From: Bacteroidia bacterium
GTDB taxonomy: Bacteria > Bacteroidota > Bacteroidia > AKYH767-A > OLB10
Direction of reading: 5' to 3'
Length of the DNA: 64,000 bases
NCBI GenBank assembly: GCA_016788065.1
Contig: JAEUTI010000026.1
Span: 2,290 to 66,289 of the forward strand
The notes under the pieces were generated by a model. That model was not told the origin of the DNA, did no database searches, and was given only the letters and a program-made list of their open reading frames with translations. Positions within the stretch are counted from its first letter, which is position 1, and each line of letters begins with the position of its first letter. This document shows, one piece after another, positions 23,544 to 32,493 of this stretch. Position numbers and translations under genes: made by a program.

Positions 23544-25097
23544 ATGTCAATTAAAAAAATCAGAACCCGTTTTGCTCCCAGTCCAACCGGCCCGTTACAC
23601 ATGGGTGGGGTGCGGACCGCCTTATTTTGCTACCTCTTTGCCAAAAAGCATGGAGGTGATTTTCTGTTAAGAATTGAAGATACTGACCAAAGCCGTTATG
23701 TTCCCGGCGCCGAGGAATATATCGTCGCAGCCCTTAACTGGTGCGGGATTCAGATAGATGAAGGGGTTTCTGTTGGTGGGAAATTTGAACCATACCGTCA
23801 AAGTGAAAGAAAAGAGCAGGGTATCTATTTGAAATATGCCAAAGAAATGGTCGCTTCCGGTCATGCATATTATGCATTTGATTCAGCAGATGAGCTGGAA
23901 GAAATGCGAAACCGTTTAATAGCTGCCGGCAATGTTGCTCCACAATATAATCACGAAACACGCAAAACAATGTCTAATTCATTGACATTGAGTGCAAAAG
24001 AAGTGGATGACAAAATTGCTTCCGGTATTCCGTATGTAATTCGTTTAAAGGTCCCTTCCGGGGAAGAGATTACCTTTACGGATTTAATTCGGGGGGAGGT
24101 GACAGTAAATTCATCGCTTGTTGATGATAAGGTGTTGTTGAAATCGGATGGAATGCCAACATATCACCTGGCCCATATTGTTGATGATGTGCTAATGGAA
24201 ATTACACACGCCATTCGTGGTGAGGAGTGGTTGCCATCAGCTCCAGCACATATATTAATCTATCGCTATTTGGGTTGGGAAACATCGATGCCGCAATATG
24301 CACATCTTCCATTGCTGTTAAAGCCTGATGGAAATGGTAAGCTTAGTAAGCGGGATGGCGACCGTTTAGGGTTTCCTGTTTTCCCATTAGATTGGCAGGA
24401 TCCCAACACAGGTGAGAAATCGTCGGGTTATCGTGAACGAGGTTATTATCCCGAAGCATTTGTAAATATGCTGGCTTTTTTAGGATGGAACCCGGGAACG
24501 GAGCAGGAACTGTTTACGATGGAAGAATTAATTCAGCATTTTTCATTCGAACATGTTCATAAAGCAGGTGCACGTTTTGATCCTGAAAAAGCGAAATGGT
24601 TCAATGAACAATATCTGCGTAAGCAAACAACGGAAGCACTTGCAAACCGTTTGCAACCTGTTGTGAAAAGCAAGTTCAATTTAGGCGATGATGATGTTAA
24701 GGTTTCTTCTGATTATTTAGTGAAAGCTGTCACGTTGCTGAAGGATCGTGTACAATTTGAATCGGAATTGATAGAAAAGGGGAGTTATTTGTTTCAGGCG
24801 CCTGATGTTTATGATGAACAGGTTCTGGCTAAAAAATGGAAACCTGAACTTGCTTCATTTTTCAATGCATTGATTGAAAATTTAAGATCACTGGAGGAGT
24901 TTAATTCTGTTGCTGTTGATACTGCTATAAAAAGTACTGCTGCAACATCCGGAATTAAACCGGGAGAGATTATGCAACTGTTGCGTGTATTTGTAAGCGG
25001 GCAAGGTGCAGGAGTCGATTTAATCGGGATGCTGGAGCTCTTTGGTAAGAATGAAGTTATTGAAAGATTAAACAAGGCTTTGAAAAAAGTAAATTAA
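23544..25097 (+). CDS. gltX: glutamate--tRNA ligase
   Basis: Class I motifs PSPTGPLHMGG (HIGH-type) and KLSKRDG (KMSKS-type). The length is typical. Confidence 0.95.
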   Translation: MSIKKIRTRFAPSPTGPLHMGGVRTALFCYLFAKKHGGDFLLRIEDTDQSRYVPGAEEYIVAALNWCGIQIDEGVSVGGKFEPYRQSERKEQGIYLKYAKEMVASGHAYYAFDSADELEEMRNRLIAAGNVAPQYNHETRKTMSNSLTLSAKEVDDKIASGIPYVIRLKVPSGEEITFTDLIRGEVTVNSSLVDDKVLLKSDGMPTYHLAHIVDDVLMEITHAIRGEEWLPSAPAHILIYRYLGWETSMPQYAHLPLLLKPDGNGKLSKRDGDRLGFPVFPLDWQDPNTGEKSSGYRERGYYPEAFVNMLAFLGWNPGTEQELFTMEELIQHFSFEHVHKAGARFDPEKAKWFNEQYLRKQTTEALANRLQPVVKSKFNLGDDDVKVSSDYLVKAVTLLKDRVQFESELIEKGSYLFQAPDVYDEQVLAKKWKPELASFFNALIENLRSLEEFNSVAVDTAIKSTAATSGIKPGEIMQLLRVFVSGQGAGVDLIGMLELFGKNEVIERLNKALKKVN

Positions 25098-25162
25098 GAA
25101 TATTAAACACTGGAATTCCGGTGAAAATTTCAAGTATAAAATATAGTTAATTCAAAATTAAA

Positions 25163-26827
25163 ATGTCAACTGAAAAATCGTTGAATTTCCTTGAGGAAAT
25201 TGTGAAGGAAGATGTGGCAAGCGGTAAACATGGTGGTCGTTTGCTCACTCGTTTCCCGCCTGAACCCAATGGCTATTTGCATATCGGGCATTCGAAATCT
25301 ATTTGTTTGAATTTCGGAGTGGCGCAACAATTTGGCGGACAAACTAATTTGCGATTTGATGATACCAATCCAGTTACTGAAGACACCGAATATGTCGAAA
25401 GTATCATGGAAGATATTGCCTGGCTGGGATTTAAGTGGGCGAATGTGTTTTATGCATCCGACTATTTTGATCAACTCTATAATTTTGCAGTGAAATTAAT
25501 TGAGCAGGGCTTAGCTTATGTTGATGATAGTTCAGCAGAAGAAATTGCTGCGTTGAAAGGAACACCAACAGAGCCTGGTAAAGACAGTCCATATCGCAGC
25601 AGAAGCATTGAAGAAAATCTCTCACTGTTTACGCGTATGCGAAATGGCGAGTTTAAAGATGGTGAAAAAGTATTGCGTGCAAAAATTGATATGGCTTCAC
25701 CGAATATGCATTTACGTGATCCATTGATGTACAGAATTAAGCATGCCCATCATCATCGCACCGGTGATAAATGGTGCATTTATCCAATGTATGATTTTGC
25801 TCACGGACAATCGGATGCCATTGAAAATATTACGCATTCTATTTGTACACTCGAGTTCGAAGTACACAGGCCGTTATACGAATGGTTTATACAAAAACTG
25901 GATTTGTATCCATCAAGACAATATGAGTTCGCACGATTGAATCTCAATTACACGGTAATGAGCAAACGGAAGTTGCTCCAACTGGTCAACGAAAAACATG
26001 TTACCGGTTGGGATGATCCTCGTATGCCTACAATTAGCGGATTACGCAGACGTGGTTATACTCCGGAAAGCATTCGTGCTTTTGCAGAAAAAGTTGGAGT
26101 AAGCCGACGCGATAATATTATTGATGTTGGATTACTTGAATTTTGTATTCGCGAAGACCTGAATAAAAATTCACTTCGTGCGATGGTAGTAATTGATCCT
26201 TTGAAGTTAGTTATAACCAATTATGAAGAAGGAAAAACTGAAATTCTGACAGGAGAAAATAATCCGGAAGATGAAAACAGTGGCACACGCGATATTCCTT
26301 TCAGCCGCGAATTATTTATTGAACACGAAGACTTCAAAGAAGTTGCTGAGAAAAAATATTTCCGTCTGGCTCCCGGTTTAATGGTGCGTTTAAAGAGTGC
26401 TTATATTATCAGATGCGATTCCTTTGTTAAGGATGAATCAGGTAATATTAAAGAAGTGCATTGTACCTATTTCCCCGAAAGTCGTAGTGGTTCTGATACA
26501 AGCGGACTTCAGGCAAAAGGAGTTATTCATTGGGTTGAAGCGAATACGGCAATTCCTGTTGAGGTAAGATTGTATGATCGGTTATTCGGAGTTGAAGATC
26601 CTTCTTCTGAAGAGGGCGATTTCAAATCGTATTTAAATCCACATAGTCTCGAAGTGAAATCAAATGCCCTGGGTGAGCCATCCTTAAAAAATGCTGCTGT
26701 GGGTGATAAATTCCAGTTTCTGCGTAAAGGCTACTTTTGTGTAGACCGGGATTCTGTTGGCGGAAAACTCATTTTTAACCGGACTGTTCCATTAAAAGAT
26801 TCTTGGGCTAAAGAACAAAAGAAATGA
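25163..26827 (+). CDS. glnS: glutamine--tRNA ligase
   Basis: [20 protein letters not shown], and the C-terminal anticodon-binding beta-barrels typical of GlnRS. Confidence 0.95.
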   Translation: MSTEKSLNFLEEIVKEDVASGKHGGRLLTRFPPEPNGYLHIGHSKSICLNFGVAQQFGGQTNLRFDDTNPVTEDTEYVESIMEDIAWLGFKWANVFYASDYFDQLYNFAVKLIEQGLAYVDDSSAEEIAALKGTPTEPGKDSPYRSRSIEENLSLFTRMRNGEFKDGEKVLRAKIDMASPNMHLRDPLMYRIKHAHHHRTGDKWCIYPMYDFAHGQSDAIENITHSICTLEFEVHRPLYEWFIQKLDLYPSRQYEFARLNLNYTVMSKRKLLQLVNEKHVTGWDDPRMPTISGLRRRGYTPESIRAFAEKVGVSRRDNIIDVGLLEFCIREDLNKNSLRAMVVIDPLKLVITNYEEGKTEILTGENNPEDENSGTRDIPFSRELFIEHEDFKEVAEKKYFRLAPGLMVRLKSAYIIRCDSFVKDESGNIKEVHCTYFPESRSGSDTSGLQAKGVIHWVEANTAIPVEVRLYDRLFGVEDPSSEEGDFKSYLNPHSLEVKSNALGEPSLKNAAVGDKFQFLRKGYFCVDRDSVGGKLIFNRTVPLKDSWAKEQKK

Positions 26828-27189
26828 AAAACGTGAAAACGACCATTACTATTGGAGGCATTGAGTGCTATGCCTTTCACGGTTGCATGGAAGAAGAAGG
26901 AAAGATCGGAAGTCGTTATTTGGTTGATGTTCAAATAGATAAGAATGTTGAGCAAGCTGTATTTAACGACGAACTGAACGACACCGTCGATTATGTAGTT
27001 GTAAATAAGATAGTTAAGGAACAAATGGCGATTCGTTCTAAATTAATTGAACATGTTGCCGGTCGAATTTTGAAAGAATTGAGCAGACTGATTCCAGGGG
27101 AGAAGGCTATAGAGGTGAAAATCACCAAGTTTAATCCCCCTGTAAATGGAAACATGCATCATGCGAGTTTCACAATCAAAGAAGGTTAA
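26824..27189 (+). CDS. folB: dihydroneopterin aldolase
   Basis: FHG..EEE..G pattern, D.L.DTVDY, and the KFNPP tail. Its start overlaps the glnS stop (ATGA). Confidence 0.85.
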   Translation: MKNVKTTITIGGIECYAFHGCMEEEGKIGSRYLVDVQIDKNVEQAVFNDELNDTVDYVVVNKIVKEQMAIRSKLIEHVAGRILKELSRLIPGEKAIEVKITKFNPPVNGNMHHASFTIKEG

Positions 27190-27360
27190 AATTAAATTTG
27201 TTGATTCACGCAACAAAGCTGACTGATTGTAGTAATAAGGAGCAAATCAAATTTCCATTATCGTTTTTTGATTTAAATTGTTAAATTTGCACTTCCAAAA
27301 AATGATCCGGACAGCAAATCCGGGATAGTTAAAAAAATCATTTTTGCGAATTTAAAATAA

Positions 27361-27431
27361 GGTCGCGTGGCCGAGTGGTTAGGCAGAGGTCTGCAAAACC
27401 TTGTACAGCAGTTCAAATCTGCTCGCGACCT
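27361..27431 (+). tRNA. tRNA-Cys (GCA)
   Basis: Hand-folded cloverleaf. Acceptor stem GGTCGCG/CGCGACC. Anticodon stem GAGGT/ACCTT with loop CTGCAAA. T arm AGCAG-TTCAAAT-CTGCT. Discriminator is U73 (a CysRS identity element). CCA is not encoded. Confidence 0.9.
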
Positions 27432-27433
27432 CG
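27418..27433 (+). repeat. att-like direct repeat, copy 1 (3' end of tRNA-Cys)
   Basis: TCTGCTCGCGACCTCG is identical to 36408-36423. Confidence 0.85.
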
Positions 27434-27435
27434 AA

Positions 27436-27465
27436 GGAGCTGGAAAATTTTCCAGCTCCTTTTTT
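27436..27465 (+). terminator. rho-independent terminator after tRNA-Cys
   Basis: Perfect hairpin GGAGCTGGAAAA/TTTTCCAGCTCC followed by T6. Confidence 0.7.
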
Positions 27466-27700
27466 ATGGATTTGAATACGAGTGAATTACATCTGATTTT
27501 CGAGTATTTATGAATCTTTAAAATAGGATTTTGAACCCAAATCACTGCTTTCTCAAGTCATTGATTATCAGACATCAAAAATTTGATTTTTTTAAAAAGG
27601 CTCAATATGTTTCACCTTTTGTTTCACCTTGAAGAGAAAATTCCTAATTTCGGCATCTTAGAACAACTGTCTCAAAATTACGTTACAGTTGTTAGTTGAT

Positions 27701-28027
27701 ATGAAAAAAATCAAATCCGCCTTTATTTTCTTTTTTGCCTGGTACATGCTCTCCATGGTTTTCATTCCATGTGCTGACATTTGTGCCGAGGATTTACATG
27801 AAGTGGTGTCTTCTATGAATTCCGCTCAGGAACATCATCAGGAGCATTCGGATTTATGTTCTCCATTTTGCTCTTGTTCCTGTTGTTCTTCACAGATTAC
27901 ATTTGCTCATTTTCAGTCATTGGAAATTATCAAGAATGATTATGTCAGAAGTTTTGTTTCATTAAATCAGGTTTTTCTTCCTTCCATTTACTTTTCAATT
28001 TGGCAACCGCCAAAACTCGCTTTATAG
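27701..28027 (+). CDS. Cys/His-rich small membrane protein (resembles the family I recall as DUF6660)
   Basis: N-terminal TM helix, then PCADIC, EHHQEHSDLCSPFCSCSCCS and a C-terminal WQPPK. First gene of the czc-like operon. Start at ATG 27701. Confidence 0.55.
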   Translation: MKKIKSAFIFFFAWYMLSMVFIPCADICAEDLHEVVSSMNSAQEHHQEHSDLCSPFCSCSCCSSQITFAHFQSLEIIKNDYVRSFVSLNQVFLPSIYFSIWQPPKLAL

Positions 28028-28123
28028 ATTTCAAAATGTCCTTTTTCTAAGGACTGTTTAAATTCTATGTCAATGCTATGCATTGGCCGGTTTTCTATTT
28101 TAATCTATTCAACAACTAATTTA

Positions 28124-31100
28124 ATGTTAGACAAAATAATTGCGTTCAGTATAAATAATAAGTTCATCATTGGGTTGATGACACTTGCACTCATTGTTTG
28201 GGGGGCATGGAGCGCATCTAAACTACCCATTGATGCACTTCCTGATATAACAAACAATCAGGTTCAGATAATAACCCTTTGCCCTACACTTGCTGGCCAG
28301 GAAGTGGAACAATTGGTCACCTACCCTATTGAACAAAGCATTGCCAACTTGCCAGACGTGGTAGAGTTACGAAGCATTTCTCGATTCGGACTTTCGGTTG
28401 TTACAGTGGTATTTGAGGACAAGGTCGACATCTATTTTGCAAGGCAGCTTGTTAATGAAAAACTGAAGGAAGCTGAGGAAAAAATTCCAAGAGGAATTGG
28501 TACGCCCGAATTGGCTCCTGTAAGTACGGGATTAGGAGAAGTGTACCAATATATAATACATCCAAAAAAGGGAAGCGAAAGCAAATATACTGCTATGGAC
28601 CTTCGAACCATGCAGGACTGGATTGTGGCCCGGCAGCTGTATGGTACTCCGGGAATTGCTGAGGTGAACAGTTTTGGTGGTCAGCTCAAACAGTATGAAG
28701 TCGCAGTGAATCCCGACAGGCTTGTGGCAATGGGTATTTCTATTCCGGAAATATTCACTGCTCTTGAAAGGAATAATGAAAATACCGGAGGTGCCTATAT
28801 TGATAAAAAACCCAATGCCTATTTTATAAGGGGGGTTGGATTGATAGGCTCCTTTGAGGATATCAAAAGAATTGCTGTTAAAAATAATCCAAATGGCATC
28901 CCTATTCTTATTGGTGACGTGGCTGAAGTTCGGTTTGGAAGTGCTGTCAGGTATGGAGCCTTGACGTATAATGGACAGGTTGATGCCGTTGGAGGTGTGG
29001 TGATGATGCTCAAAGGGTCAAACAGCGCTGATGTGGTAAATCGTGTCAAGGAAAAGATGAATACGATTAAAGCATCGTTACCTGATGATGTTGTTATAGA
29101 GCCGTATCTTGATAGAACAGACCTGGTTAATCGCGCTATTTCCACCGTTGAAAAGAATCTTCTTGAAGGTGCTCTGATTGTGATTTTTGTACTGGTGTTG
29201 TTTTTGGGAAATCTTCGTGCCGGGCTTATAGTTGCATCTGCGATTCCACTATCCATGCTATTTGCCCTTGGAATGATGAATCTGTTTGGTGTGAGTGCGA
29301 ATCTCATGAGTTTAGGAGCAATTGATTTTGGACTCATAGTAGACGGAGCTGTAATTATTGTGGAGAGCATTTTTCACCGAATCACGACAAGCCGATTGAA
29401 AGACAACAGGACTGAACTATCTACGGAGGAAATGAATGAAACCGTTTTGGATAGTGCTAAAAGAATGATGAAGTCCGCTGCTTTTGGACAAATGATAATT
29501 CTGATTGTTTACTTACCAATATTATCACTTGTTGGAATTGAAGGCAAAATGTTTGGTCCAATGGCGCAAACTGTATCATTTGCCATTCTTGGTGCTTTTA
29601 TTCTTTCACTTACATATATTCCCATGGTATCAGCTCTTTTCCTTAGCAGAAAGATAGCACACAAAATCAATATTTCAGATAAAATGATGATGAAAATCCA
29701 GGCAGTATATTTGCCATTGCTGCAAAAAGCTATTGCTGCAAGGAAAATCGTCATTGGAACAACTGCGGTAGTTTTTATTTTCACTGTAGTGCTGTTTGCA
29801 AGAATGGGAGGTGAATTTATACCTACTTTAACAGAAGGTGATTTCGCATTTCATTGTATTCTTCCGCAAGGAACATCCTTATCTCAGAGCATAGAAACAT
29901 CAATGCAGGCATCAAGAATTGTAAAACAATTTGACGAAGTAAAGATGATTGTAGGCAGAACCGGAAGTGCTGAGGTACCTACTGACCCAATGCCTCCTGA
30001 AGCAACGGATTTAATGATAATATTAAAGCAGCCGGATGAATGGAAACGTGATATAACGTATGAGGAACTGGCTCAAGAAATTATAGAAGAACTTGAAGTG
30101 ATACCAGGAGTATTTTTTGAGAAAAGCCAACCCATTCAAATGCGATTTAATGAACTTATGACCGGAATCCGGCAGGATGTTGCAATTAAAATATTTGGTG
30201 AAAACATGGACACCTTGCTGTTTTACGCCAATAAAGTAAATGAGTCTATCAGCAGTGTAGAAGGAATAACACAACCCAGTGTTGAAAGGGTATCCGGATT
30301 GCCACAGATTGTTATTAATTATAACAGGTCGCAAATTGCAAATTATGGACTTGCCATTGAGGACATCAATCATATTGTAAGTACCGCATTTGCAGGAGGT
30401 GATGCAGGTGTTGTTTTTGAAAATGAGAGAAAATTTGATTTGGTTGTTCGATTAGACAGCACACACAGAAATAATATTGAAGATGTGAGTCATTTGTTCA
30501 TTCCAACATCTGGAGGAAATCAAATTCCGCTATCACAAATTGCAGATATTAAGTTGGAGTTAGGGCCGGCCCAGATAAGCCGCGAAGACGGGAAACGCAG
30601 AATCGTAGTCGGGTTTAATGTGAAAGGCAGGGATGTTGAAAGCGTAGTAAAAGAAATGCAAAGTATGTTGGCGAACAAAGTTAAACTACCGGAAGGTTAT
30701 TATTTTACATATGGCGGCACGTTTGAAAACCTGCAGGCGGCTTCTGCCCGTTTAATGATTGCTGTCCCGGTTGCACTTGCTCTTATTTTCATTTTGCTCT
30801 ACTTCACATTCACTTCTGTCAGCCAGGCAGTAGTGATATTTACCGCAATTCCTATGGCCGCAATTGGCGGAGTGTTCGCGCTTCTGGTGAGGGATATGCC
30901 ATTCAGCATATCAGCAGGAGTAGGATTTATTGCCTTGTTTGGAGTGGCAGTGTTAAATGGTATTGTATTGATTAGTACATTCAATCAGCTGCAAAAAGAT
31001 GGTGTTTCTGATATGATAACAAGAATTATGGAAGGAACAAAAATTCGACTTCGTCCGGTATTGATGACTGCTGCGGTTGCTTCATTAGGATTTCTGCCGA

Positions 31101-32491
31101 TGGCACTTTCACATGGAGCAGGGGCGGAAGTTCAGCGACCATTGGCAACTGTAGTTATCGGAGGTTTGATTTCTGCAACCTTCCTGACACTTTTTGTTTT
31201 ACCATTGCTTTACCTGGTATTTTCGCCAAAGAGGGTATCAACTTCGAACAAAACAATTGTAGGATTAATCTTTGTCATTATTTCAGGATTTGCAAGCTAC
31301 GATTCAAATGCACAAACTGCTTCCAGAATATTAAGTGTGGAAGACGCTATAAAAATAGCGCTTGACAGTAATTTGAATATTAAGGTCTCAAAACTTAATA
31401 TGGAGGCAAGTCAAAAGCTCAAAAAATCTTTCTTTGAATTACCCAAAACTGAAGTGAGTTACCAGTATGGACAGTTCAACAGCAACAATAAGGATAACAG
31501 TATTGAGATTTCCCAGGATATTCCGTTTCCTACATACTATGGTGCTCAGTCAGGGCTGTTGAACGCACAGGTGCGGGGCAGTACATTAGATTACAAAGCC
31601 TCCGAAAATGAATTAAAGGGACTTGTGCAGGAAAACTACTTTCAATTGCAATATCTTTTATTGGCCAAAAAAAATGTAAGACAATTGGATAGTTTGTATG
31701 ATGAATTTGTTCGGGTTGCAACATTGAGATACAATTCAGGTGAAACCAATTTGCTTGAGAAAATATCAGCTGAAACAAAGCGCAGTGAAATATCTATACA
31801 ACTTTCAAGAATGGAAAGCGAGTATTTCGCTGCGTATAATGCTCTCAAAACCTTACTTAACATATCATTTGATTTCGAGGTGAGTGCATCATTTGAGCCC
31901 TTGCAATTATTGTCAGGTATTGATTCTTCAGCAGTACTTCAAAATCCAAACTTGTTAAAATATTATCAGGAAGCTGAAGTCGCAGATAGATACGCCAAGT
32001 TGGAAATTGCTCAAGCATTACCTGATATTAAGTTGGGATATTTTAATCAATCAATAATCGGCTTACAAAGCATCAATGGAAGTGAGACTTACTTTGACTC
32101 TGGCGACCGATTCACCGGTTTTAGCCTCGGACTCAATATTCCTTTAACATTTTTTAGTAATTCATCAAAGGCAAATTCATACAAATTACAAAGAGATGCA
32201 TTAGAACTGGCTGGTGAAAACAACAAGCGAATGTTGCAAAATCAGCTTGAGCGGTCATTACAAAATTATGGTTCCAGTGTATTGCAATACGAAATGTATA
32301 AAGAGGCTTCCTCAAATTACATTGAATCCTTAATTAGTACAGCAACGCTTGGTTTTAAGAATGGCGAAATTGGCTATATGGAGTATATCAATGCCCTTGA
32401 AACAGCTGCTAACATAAAGATAAAGTACTTGCAATCTATTAATCAAATCAATCAATCTATTGTTCAAATTAACTTGTTAATCAGTAAATAA
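28124..32491 (+). CDS. CzcA/CusA-type heavy-metal RND efflux pump fused in frame to a TolC-like outer-membrane factor
   Basis: The first ~1040 aa form a typical HME-RND pump (12 TM, large periplasmic loops). A hydrophobic signal-like segment follows (31250-31315, KTIVGLIFVIISGFASYDSNAQ). The last ~390 aa are an OMF (LSVEDAIKIALDSNLNIK and coiled repeats). No stop or frameshift separates the parts. Confidence 0.88.
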   Translation: MLDKIIAFSINNKFIIGLMTLALIVWGAWSASKLPIDALPDITNNQVQIITLCPTLAGQEVEQLVTYPIEQSIANLPDVVELRSISRFGLSVVTVVFEDKVDIYFARQLVNEKLKEAEEKIPRGIGTPELAPVSTGLGEVYQYIIHPKKGSESKYTAMDLRTMQDWIVARQLYGTPGIAEVNSFGGQLKQYEVAVNPDRLVAMGISIPEIFTALERNNENTGGAYIDKKPNAYFIRGVGLIGSFEDIKRIAVKNNPNGIPILIGDVAEVRFGSAVRYGALTYNGQVDAVGGVVMMLKGSNSADVVNRVKEKMNTIKASLPDDVVIEPYLDRTDLVNRAISTVEKNLLEGALIVIFVLVLFLGNLRAGLIVASAIPLSMLFALGMMNLFGVSANLMSLGAIDFGLIVDGAVIIVESIFHRITTSRLKDNRTELSTEEMNETVLDSAKRMMKSAAFGQMIILIVYLPILSLVGIEGKMFGPMAQTVSFAILGAFILSLTYIPMVSALFLSRKIAHKINISDKMMMKIQAVYLPLLQKAIAARKIVIGTTAVVFIFTVVLFARMGGEFIPTLTEGDFAFHCILPQGTSLSQSIETSMQASRIVKQFDEVKMIVGRTGSAEVPTDPMPPEATDLMIILKQPDEWKRDITYEELAQEIIEELEVIPGVFFEKSQPIQMRFNELMTGIRQDVAIKIFGENMDTLLFYANKVNESISSVEGITQPSVERVSGLPQIVINYNRSQIANYGLAIEDINHIVSTAFAGGDAGVVFENERKFDLVVRLDSTHRNNIEDVSHLFIPTSGGNQIPLSQIADIKLELGPAQISREDGKRRIVVGFNVKGRDVESVVKEMQSMLANKVKLPEGYYFTYGGTFENLQAASARLMIAVPVALALIFILLYFTFTSVSQAVVIFTAIPMAAIGGVFALLVRDMPFSISAGVGFIALFGVAVLNGIVLISTFNQLQKDGVSDMITRIMEGTKIRLRPVLMTAAVASLGFLPMALSHGAGAEVQRPLATVVIGGLISATFLTLFVLPLLYLVFSPKRVSTSNKTIVGLIFVIISGFASYDSNAQTASRILSVEDAIKIALDSNLNIKVSKLNMEASQKLKKSFFELPKTEVSYQYGQFNSNNKDNSIEISQDIPFPTYYGAQSGLLNAQVRGSTLDYKASENELKGLVQENYFQLQYLLLAKKNVRQLDSLYDEFVRVATLRYNSGETNLLEKISAETKRSEISIQLSRMESEYFAAYNALKTLLNISFDFEVSASFEPLQLLSGIDSSAVLQNPNLLKYYQEAEVADRYAKLEIAQALPDIKLGYFNQSIIGLQSINGSETYFDSGDRFTGFSLGLNIPLTFFSNSSKANSYKLQRDALELAGENNKRMLQNQLERSLQNYGSSVLQYEMYKEASSNYIESLISTATLGFKNGEIGYMEYINALETAANIKIKYLQSINQINQSIVQINLLISK

Positions 32492-32493
32492 AC

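Noticed and set aside
27273-27545. 90-aa minus-strand ORF
   Set aside because: It overlaps tRNA-Cys and its terminator, so it is an artefact of the non-coding region.
28819-29370. 183-aa minus-strand ORF inside the RND gene (and similar antisense ORFs at 47200-47625 and 59335-59727)
   Set aside because: Each is embedded antisense in a strongly supported conserved gene and has no recognisable motifs. These are typical shadow ORFs.
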